Shown here piece by piece: positions 56,932 to 64,000 of a stretch of DNA of 64,000 nucleotides (its first letter is position 1; the number at the start of each line of letters is the position of its first letter). The notes under the pieces are model-generated. The model was not told the DNA's origin, made no database searches, and was given only the letters and a program-made list of their open reading frames with translations. A program made the translations under genes and the position numbers. This DNA is from an uncultured Prevotellaceae bacterium (GTDB lineage Bacteria; Bacteroidota; Bacteroidia; Bacteroidales; Bacteroidaceae): the NCBI GenBank assembly GCA_900316585.1, contig ONDM01000006.1, positions 307,578-371,577 of the forward strand, in the 5' to 3' direction.

Positions 56932-57057
56932 TACATTTAGATTTACTCGGTAAATTTAGGGCATTTTTCGTTCAGAGCCAAAAGAACCAATGACTTTTTT
57001 ATCGGTTTTAAATGGTTTTAATTCTTATATAGCTATATAGCGTGACAAAATGAAAGA

Positions 57058-57099
57058 ACAAGGACAATTAAGAGGCTTTTACCAGTTAATCGTCCTTGT
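57058..57099 (-). terminator. terminator hairpin downstream of the GH3 gene at 57120
   Basis: acaaggacaattaa / ttaatcgtccttgt forms a 14-bp stem with one mismatch. A T-rich tract follows on the minus strand. Confidence 0.65.
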
Positions 57100-57119
57100 C
57101 ATATTGTTAATTTAAGAGC

Positions 57120-59450
57120 TTATTTTTGTGCGATGAAAGCTTTGGAAACATTTGAAGTACTTGCAGCTACATTTGCTTTAAGTTCTGCTTTGATGTCACG
57201 GCTTGAAGCACCAATTTTAATAATATACTCACCTGCATCAACCACCCATGCATTTTGAGCTTCATCGAAACTTGCAAGGTCTGTTGTCTTAATCTCCATC
57301 TTCAGACTTTGGCTTTCACCAGGTTTCAAAGATTTGGTTTTTGCAAATGACTTAAGTTCCTGAGCAGGCTTGTCCAAACTGCTAGCTGGTGCTGTTACAT
57401 AAACTTGAGCAATTTCCTTGCCTTCAACAGTGCCAGTGTTTTTAACGTCAACAGTTACGATCAGTTTGTCGCCCTCTGTAGTCACAGCAGGATTACTGTA
57501 CTCAAATGTCGTGTAGCTCTTTCCATATCCGAATGGATAGCTGACAGCCATTTTTTGAGTGTCGAACCAACGGTAACCTACATAAATACCTTCTTCGTAA
57601 ATGGTATAGTCTACATTCTTGATAGCACCTTCAGTCTCGGGAGTCTTTCCTTCAATAGGGTTCTTACCCATGGCCATAGGTGCATCAACATTGATTGGGA
57701 AGTTTTCAGAAGACTTGTGGTCCTTGAAGTTTACAGGCCATGTCATCGTCAGTTTACCACTTGGATTTGCCTTGCCTGATAGAACGTCTGCTACGGAATT
57801 ACCTCCTTCTTGACCTCCTTGCCATGCACAAAGAATAGCATCAGGGATGTTCTTCCATGAAGCAGTTTCAATTACTCCACCAATGTTTAAGACTACGATA
57901 GCCTTCTTTCCTGCGGCATGTGCAGCAGAAGTTATTTTCTGAATCAGGGCTTTTTCAGTAGCATTCAGTTCGAAATCTTCAACTTTGCGGTCTCCACCTT
58001 CACCAGAAATACGTCCAATGGTGATTAATGCAACGTCAGCGTCTGCTATTGCGGCCTTGTAGTCAACCGTATTGACATCCAGTTCTTTTGCTACTTCTGT
58101 AAACATCAAGCCAGCCAAACCTTCAGGACGTGCTGCATCTAATCTCTTCTGCTCCTGCTCATTCCAAGCTAGATAAGCTTTCTGTAAGTCTGGATTTGTT
58201 TCAAAACCTGCATTCTTCAATCCATCTAACAATGATACTGTATAAGCACGGTTAACATCACCAGAACCCGTACCACCTGCAATCCAGTTATATGCTGTGA
58301 TACCAAACAGGGCAATTTTCTTGACATCTTTTAAAGGTAGAGCTGCATCCTTATTTTCCAGCAGAACCATACCTTCTGTAGCACTCTTGCGAGTAATCTC
58401 TGCATGAGCAGTCAAATCTGGTTTATTAGTATATTTGTACCCCTTGAAAGTTGGACTCTTAACTACCAGTTGAAGAATACGTTTTACGTTACGGTCAACT
58501 TCTGCAATGTCTAAAGTGCCATTGTTTACGCCATCAATAATAGACTGATACTGACCTTGACGACCTGGTTGAAGCATGTCATTACCTGCATGAACCTGAC
58601 GGGCACCATCAGTACCACCAAACCAGTCTGTCATCACTGTACCTGCATATTTCCAATCATCACGTAAGATGTTGGTCAGCAAATCCACACTTTCGCTGTC
58701 ATAGTCTCCATTGATGTAGTTGTAAGATGACATCACGGTCCAAGGAGCAGATTCTTTTACGGCAATTTCAAAACCTTTCAGGTAAATTTCACGAATGGCA
58801 CGGGTGGAGATTATTGCATTGTCACCCATACGATTAGTTTCCTGATTGTTGAATGCAAAGTGCTTGATGGAAGTTCCTACACCATTGCTTTGAATACCTT
58901 TTACGTAAGCAGCTGCAATTTTGCCGGATACAATAGGGTCTTCGGAATAGTATTCAAAATTACGTCCACACAATGGATTGCGATGAATGTTCAGTGCTGG
59001 AGCCAGCAGTACATCTGCACCATACTCCAAGACCTCATTACCCATGGCTTCACCTACTTTCTCAACTAATTCTTGGTCCCAAGTAGAAGCTAATAATGTT
59101 CCGATAGGGAAGTGAGTACAGTAATACGTAGCATTGTCATTCTCTCGTTTTGGCTGAATACGGAGTCCTGCAGGACCATCGCAAAGAGCAATAGCAGGAA
59201 TACCTAGGCGTTCAATGGCAGCAGTATATCCTGCAGCTCCAGGAACCTTACCTGAGTCTGTAGAACCTACTACAGGACGGTCTAGATCCACACCTGCCAT
59301 GCCAACACCAATGATGAGTTGTGCTTTTTCTTCCAATGTCATGGCTGAAATTATCTCATCGATGTTGTCTTCACGAAGTTTCAAATCTCCGGAAGAGCAT
59401 GAAGCTAGTAGCATACCAGCCACGGAAAGGGATAATAATAGTTTTTTCAT
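57120..59450 (-). CDS. glycoside hydrolase family 3 beta-glucosidase/xylosidase (paralog of 5403-7709)
   Basis: Lipoprotein signal LLASC. GH3 motifs are present: PAGLRIQP, KHFAFNNQETNR, VMSSYN, VMTDW. It is colinear with the first GH3 throughout. Confidence 0.9.
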   Translation of the reverse strand: MKKLLLSLSVAGMLLASCSSGDLKLREDNIDEIISAMTLEEKAQLIIGVGMAGVDLDRPVVGSTDSGKVPGAAGYTAAIERLGIPAIALCDGPAGLRIQPKRENDNATYYCTHFPIGTLLASTWDQELVEKVGEAMGNEVLEYGADVLLAPALNIHRNPLCGRNFEYYSEDPIVSGKIAAAYVKGIQSNGVGTSIKHFAFNNQETNRMGDNAIISTRAIREIYLKGFEIAVKESAPWTVMSSYNYINGDYDSESVDLLTNILRDDWKYAGTVMTDWFGGTDGARQVHAGNDMLQPGRQGQYQSIIDGVNNGTLDIAEVDRNVKRILQLVVKSPTFKGYKYTNKPDLTAHAEITRKSATEGMVLLENKDAALPLKDVKKIALFGITAYNWIAGGTGSGDVNRAYTVSLLDGLKNAGFETNPDLQKAYLAWNEQEQKRLDAARPEGLAGLMFTEVAKELDVNTVDYKAAIADADVALITIGRISGEGGDRKVEDFELNATEKALIQKITSAAHAAGKKAIVVLNIGGVIETASWKNIPDAILCAWQGGQEGGNSVADVLSGKANPSGKLTMTWPVNFKDHKSSENFPINVDAPMAMGKNPIEGKTPETEGAIKNVDYTIYEEGIYVGYRWFDTQKMAVSYPFGYGKSYTTFEYSNPAVTTEGDKLIVTVDVKNTGTVEGKEIAQVYVTAPASSLDKPAQELKSFAKTKSLKPGESQSLKMEIKTTDLASFDEAQNAWVVDAGEYIIKIGASSRDIKAELKANVAASTSNVSKAFIAQK

Positions 59451-59830
59451 TTGATTTTATTTTTAGATTTTAATAAAGAATTTTCAAACGGCTACTAAGT
59501 TACAAAGAAGATGTTAGATGACAAAAAATTAGGGACGTTTTTACTCTTTCTGTTCCTATATTGACCAATTATTACTGTTACTTTTTGTAGTTTTAATTAT
59601 TATATTCATTTCGCTTCATTCACTTTCGCATGATTTCATGTGACTTGTTGTAATTGAAAATTATCGAAGAAGATTTAATTCTTTATCTATTATTTTAATT
59701 TTGTATTGTTTTTTTTTAGTAATTTCGTGCGTTGGATTTTTAAAAGGTCTGTTATTTATAAGAAATAATGGATTAAAAGTTTTATGATTTTGGGCATCCC
59801 TCACTGTGAAGTGGGGGATGTTTTATTAAC

Positions 59831-59866
59831 AAAAAGGAGATACTCAGTGAAGAGCATCTCCTTTTT
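59831..59866 (-). terminator. terminator immediately downstream of the GT2 gene
   Basis: aaaaaggagat / atctccttttt forms an 11-bp stem, with extra pairs in the loop. It begins 3 nt after the stop at 59869. A second hairpin, catccctcac / gtgggggatg, lies at 59794-59820. Confidence 0.75.
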
Positions 59867-59868
59867 CA

Positions 59869-60804
59869 TTAATTGAATTTCTTGATTCCTAGTTTTTCAT
59901 GAATGCCATCTTGATAGGCTTCCCACAAAACCTTAAGGTCTTTGAGTTTCCATGCTTTGCTGAATGGCATGCTGAATAGGGCTGGAATATAATAGCCTAT
60001 CAAACCAATGAAACTCCGTAGATATCTTACACTCCAGTTTTTTCCATAATGATGATTCATGTATGCTTCATTCCGCACCTGATAATAACGTTTCCATTTC
60101 TTCTTCTGGTTTTTAGTAGTCCAGGAATCATTACTGAAAAACTTGTGCTTATCCATAAGTGCACTTGGCACATAATAGAGCTTGAATCCTGCCAAATGTG
60201 TGCAAAGGCAATACTCGGTGTCATCACAGAATATGAAGAGATCTTTGTTGGGAAAACCGATAGTCTCCACTACTTTTCTGGAGATAAAAGGACCCTCAAA
60301 GTCACAACCTACAATTTCAATCGTTTCATTCAAGTCATGGCCTTTTATTTTCTTGCCATGCATGGAAGCCAGAGGATTCGTAAAGTTAAAGTGCTGGAAC
60401 TCATGGGTGAAAATCACTCCTTCTAACAACCTTCTTGGGCTTAATATTCCAAGTGGCTCATCTTTGTGTTTATTGACTTCTTCCAATAGCGAAAGCAGAC
60501 AATGCTGTTTAGGAAATACATCGTCATCCATGCACCAAATCCAGTCAGCTCCTTCTTCGTAGGCTTTCTTGATGCCAGTGTAGAAACCACCAGAACCTCC
60601 CACATTATCTTGATGTATTACTTCTAATCCAGCCTGTTCATCCAACCATTCATGGGTCCCGTCGGTAGAACCATTATTGATTACACAAATGTGACAATCT
60701 ATGTTTTCCGACTGAACCTGCTCTAGTGCGGCATGAAGGCATTGGATGCTCTTTTTTAGCAGTTCCAAACGGTTATATGTTACAACTATTGCTGTTATTT
60801 TCAT
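59869..60804 (-). CDS. family 2 glycosyltransferase
   Basis: N-terminal IVVTYNR…NNGSTDGT and a DxD motif (CMDDDV). Confidence 0.8.
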   Translation of the reverse strand: MKITAIVVTYNRLELLKKSIQCLHAALEQVQSENIDCHICVINNGSTDGTHEWLDEQAGLEVIHQDNVGGSGGFYTGIKKAYEEGADWIWCMDDDVFPKQHCLLSLLEEVNKHKDEPLGILSPRRLLEGVIFTHEFQHFNFTNPLASMHGKKIKGHDLNETIEIVGCDFEGPFISRKVVETIGFPNKDLFIFCDDTEYCLCTHLAGFKLYYVPSALMDKHKFFSNDSWTTKNQKKKWKRYYQVRNEAYMNHHYGKNWSVRYLRSFIGLIGYYIPALFSMPFSKAWKLKDLKVLWEAYQDGIHEKLGIKKFN

Positions 60805-60840
60805 TGGGTATGGCTCGCAAAAAAGTCTAATCGTAATTAT

Positions 60841-62007
<1,167 letters not shown>

Positions 62008-62014
62008 CTAGTTT

Positions 62015-62212
62015 TCACTCACTCTCAAGAACGGTTCTCATTGGGATGGAATCTGGCAGGGGAGTATATTCTACCTGTTCTTCCACCACTGAATCTACCA
62101 CTTCAGAGAGGTCATTTATTCTTGCCACTTGGCTGCTTGTAAAGAAATAGATACCGTAAAGTACCAAGATTACAGCCAATGCTATCATTGATTTTTTTAT
62201 GACTTTCTTCAT
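62015..62212 (-). CDS. small single-pass membrane protein (hypothetical)
   Basis: 65 aa with one N-terminal TM helix and an acidic tail. It is packed between neighbouring genes with gaps of 19 and 40 nt. No other support. Confidence 0.35.
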   Translation of the reverse strand: MKKVIKKSMIALAVILVLYGIYFFTSSQVARINDLSEVVDSVVEEQVEYTPLPDSIPMRTVLESE

Positions 62213-62231
62213 TTATTCTGCAAAGGTACAT

Positions 62232-62624
62232 TTATTTCATGCTGTCTACAAATTCTTTCGGTAGAATCACGTTTTCCAATGGTAAAGCCAACTTGAAAAG
62301 TGGACCTATCTCCTGAACGGAAAATCCTGCAATACCGCAAGCCACTTTAGTGACATAGAATTTCAGTTCCGGATGTGATTTGGCGCACGCAATGAAATTA
62401 TTCACTTTGCCTTGAATGTAGTCTAGTCCTCCCTCCATGGTTGGCAATGCATAGCATTTACCTGTCAAGCCTTCACCCACGCCCCATTCAGCGTCAAATT
62501 TTTGCCAAGCTGCTCTTGCTGCTCCACCACCATGCATCCCACGGATATTGCTGCCAAATACAAAAATCTCATTGTCTTTTAACGAAGTGATGAATTCGGG
62601 GGTATATTCTCTGTCGTATTTCAT
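62232..62624 (-). CDS. conserved Rossmann-like protein of unknown function (FVFGSN..G.HG.GAA motif; resembles a family often annotated as phage non-structural protein)
   Basis: The ATG at 62624 is preferred over the tracked TTG at 62702. On the minus strand, a TACATTTG -7 box lies between that TTG and the ATG. Motifs IFVFGSNIRGMHGGGAARAA, GKCYALPT and VACGIAGF are present. Confidence 0.45.
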   Translation of the reverse strand: MKYDREYTPEFITSLKDNEIFVFGSNIRGMHGGGAARAAWQKFDAEWGVGEGLTGKCYALPTMEGGLDYIQGKVNNFIACAKSHPELKFYVTKVACGIAGFSVQEIGPLFKLALPLENVILPKEFVDSMK

Positions 62625-62711
62625 AGTTGAAAATAATAGTAATGACTGGTTACATCGTGTTTTGCTACAAATGTAAGAAAAAAATATGAAAATATCAAAC
62701 AAAGTAAATAA

Positions 62712-62737
62712 ACGGGCCTTGGATTCCCAAAGCCCGT
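62712..62737 (-). terminator. terminator hairpin downstream of the gene ending at 62750
   Basis: acgggccttgg / ccaaagcccgt forms an 11-bp stem with one mismatch and a 4-nt loop. tttattt follows on the minus strand. Confidence 0.65.
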
Positions 62738-62749
62738 CTTGCTTACTGT

Positions 62750-64000
62750 TTATTTAATTTTGAATACTTTGTAAGAGTGTGGCATGATGGTCATGCTGAA
62801 TCTGTTTTCTTCAACCATGTTTCTGGAGCGTCTCATCGGAATGACTGGAGCTGCTTTGTCTTTTTCGAGGATTGCACCAGTGGTTACTTCTTCCAAGGTG
62901 TTGTAATCCTTGCCAAGAACTGCTTTGACATTTACTGGCTCGTCATTGAATGATTCTACGATGAACATGTCATTGTCGTAAACCATCAGAGCAACCTTGG
63001 ATGGGCCTTCAATTCTTACCTTCATGTCAGGTGACATGATGCGTCGGATGGTGTTCAGGGCAGCTTCTGGGAAGTCATACAGATTACCCTTGTCGTCTGG
63101 GATGGTCAGCACGTACATGTTTCCTTTGGCATAAGGAGCACGTAGAAGGATAGGGTAGCCACTGACTCCACCTGTGAGAGGCCTTCCTGCACTGACCATC
63201 TCCCATGCGTCATTGGTATGATAGAGTACCTGTGGAATCAAAATGTCTTTCTTGGTTTTTCCGTTATATCCCATATCATTTACGATGGCTCTCAAGTCAT
63301 TGCATCTCAGCTCGCTCACCTCTGCAATCTTTTCAGGGATGGCACTCAGCAGACTGCTGGTTATGATGACATCCTTGCCAGCCATCAGCTGTTTCTTAAT
63401 AGGTGCCATGATGTTAGGATCAGAGGCAGCCTGCTCGGTAAGCAGCACCATTTTCTGGTCAGTAGGGAAATAGGGGACCATATCCATCGGAAGCCCTATC
63501 ATACCCAGGTAATTCTGAAGGAAATCATCACCCAAGGAGTGGAATGGCTTGTAACTCTTGATTCCGATGGGCTTTCCTAGCATGGAGACAAACTTGTCTA
63601 TCTGCTCGAAGGCATATCCTGCAGCACGTGCCATGGTAGTAGGAGTGGTCATTCCCTTTCCATTCAGGTTCACAGGCTTCATCATTTCGTCATAGTTGAA
63701 GCTGGTGCCCTGTCCTTGCCATTTTGTACGGTGAACGGCTTCGTTGATAGGTACACCTATCAGCTGGTTGTAAGCGAACATATTAATCTCTGGTGCCTTG
63801 GCAAACATGGTCAGCCAAAGTTGTTCCACATAGCGGTCCATTCCCATTTCAATGCCTCCGGCATCTACCCATCCACCAAGGTTGTGCCCTTCTCTCAGGT
63901 TCTCAAAATAGCGTATGATGTTATAGCTCAAGTAATTCTGCAAGTGCTGGTCTCCTGCAGGGTTTCGGGTTTCAGTGCCTGTCCAGACTGCGTCAAAAAT
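62750..64000 (-). CDS. hypothetical protein, 5'-truncated by the window edge (function not recognised; possibly glycan-related)
   Basis: The tracked 'M' at 63943 is a TTG. The frame stays open to base 64000 (…IFDAVWTGTETRNPAGDQH-L-QNYLSY…), so the gene continues beyond the window. Confidence 0.5.
   Translation of the reverse strand: MFDAVWTGTETRNPAGDQHLQNYLSYNIIRYFENLREGHNLGGWVDAGGIEMGMDRYVEQLWLTMFAKAPEINMFAYNQLIGVPINEAVHRTKWQGQGTSFNYDEMMKPVNLNGKGMTTPTTMARAAGYAFEQIDKFVSMLGKPIGIKSYKPFHSLGDDFLQNYLGMIGLPMDMVPYFPTDQKMVLLTEQAASDPNIMAPIKKQLMAGKDVIITSSLLSAIPEKIAEVSELRCNDLRAIVNDMGYNGKTKKDILIPQVLYHTNDAWEMVSAGRPLTGGVSGYPILLRAPYAKGNMYVLTIPDDKGNLYDFPEAALNTIRRIMSPDMKVRIEGPSKVALMVYDNDMFIVESFNDEPVNVKAVLGKDYNTLEEVTTGAILEKDKAAPVIPMRRSRNMVEENRFSMTIMPHSYKVFKIK

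Noticed and set aside
56932-57119. Possible glycine riboswitch upstream of the lplA-gcv operon.
   Set aside because: On the minus strand I could find no GGAGAG…CACCG…GGGCAA-type aptamer cores. Part of the region is the terminator hairpin of the upstream GH3 gene. A covariance-model scan is still needed for certainty.

Overview
The window looks like a chromosomal, mostly housekeeping or accessory-metabolic segment of a Bacteroidales genome (Prevotella/Bacteroides-like). Three observations support this: TAnnTTTG -7 promoter boxes sit just upstream of many start codons, SpII lipoprotein signals are followed by acidic surface-export motifs, and there is a Bacteroides-style rhamnose locus. I call 47 protein-coding genes at high coding density. 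I found no rRNA, tRNA, CRISPR array, integrase or transposase.

Gene content by theme:
- Glycan degradation: three GH3 enzymes, an AGE epimerase, SASA-like, CE7-like and CE1-like esterases, one more putative GH, a GT2, and a DUF1343/NamZ gene.
- Rhamnose utilisation: rhaR, then divergently rhaB-rhaA-rhaT-rhaD.
- Glycine cleavage: a compact lplA-gcvT-gcvH-gcvPA-gcvPB-lpd operon.
- Ion pumps: two P-type ATPases, one Zn/Cd-type with a His-rich leader and one Ca-type.
- Peptide and amino-acid handling: M1 aminopeptidase, tricorn-like protease, OPT transporter, PatB/MalY C-S lyase, threonine ammonia-lyase and an isoaspartyl peptidase.

Most noteworthy observations:
1. A stefin-type cystatin module (QVVAG loop) is fused to the C-terminus of the exported isoaspartyl peptidase.
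2. Four tandem 23-bp units, three carrying a perfect 15-bp palindrome, lie in the adjacent divergent promoter region.
3. A cluster with no SusD gene encodes a beta-propeller surface lipoprotein, a PKD-repeat surface lipoprotein and a small TonB-dependent transporter, directly downstream of the metal ATPase.
4. A P-loop NTPase is fused to a CYTH domain.
5. An RluA pseudouridine synthase carries a 250-aa Cys-containing N-terminal module.

I made all domain calls by eye from motifs. No searches or alignments were run.
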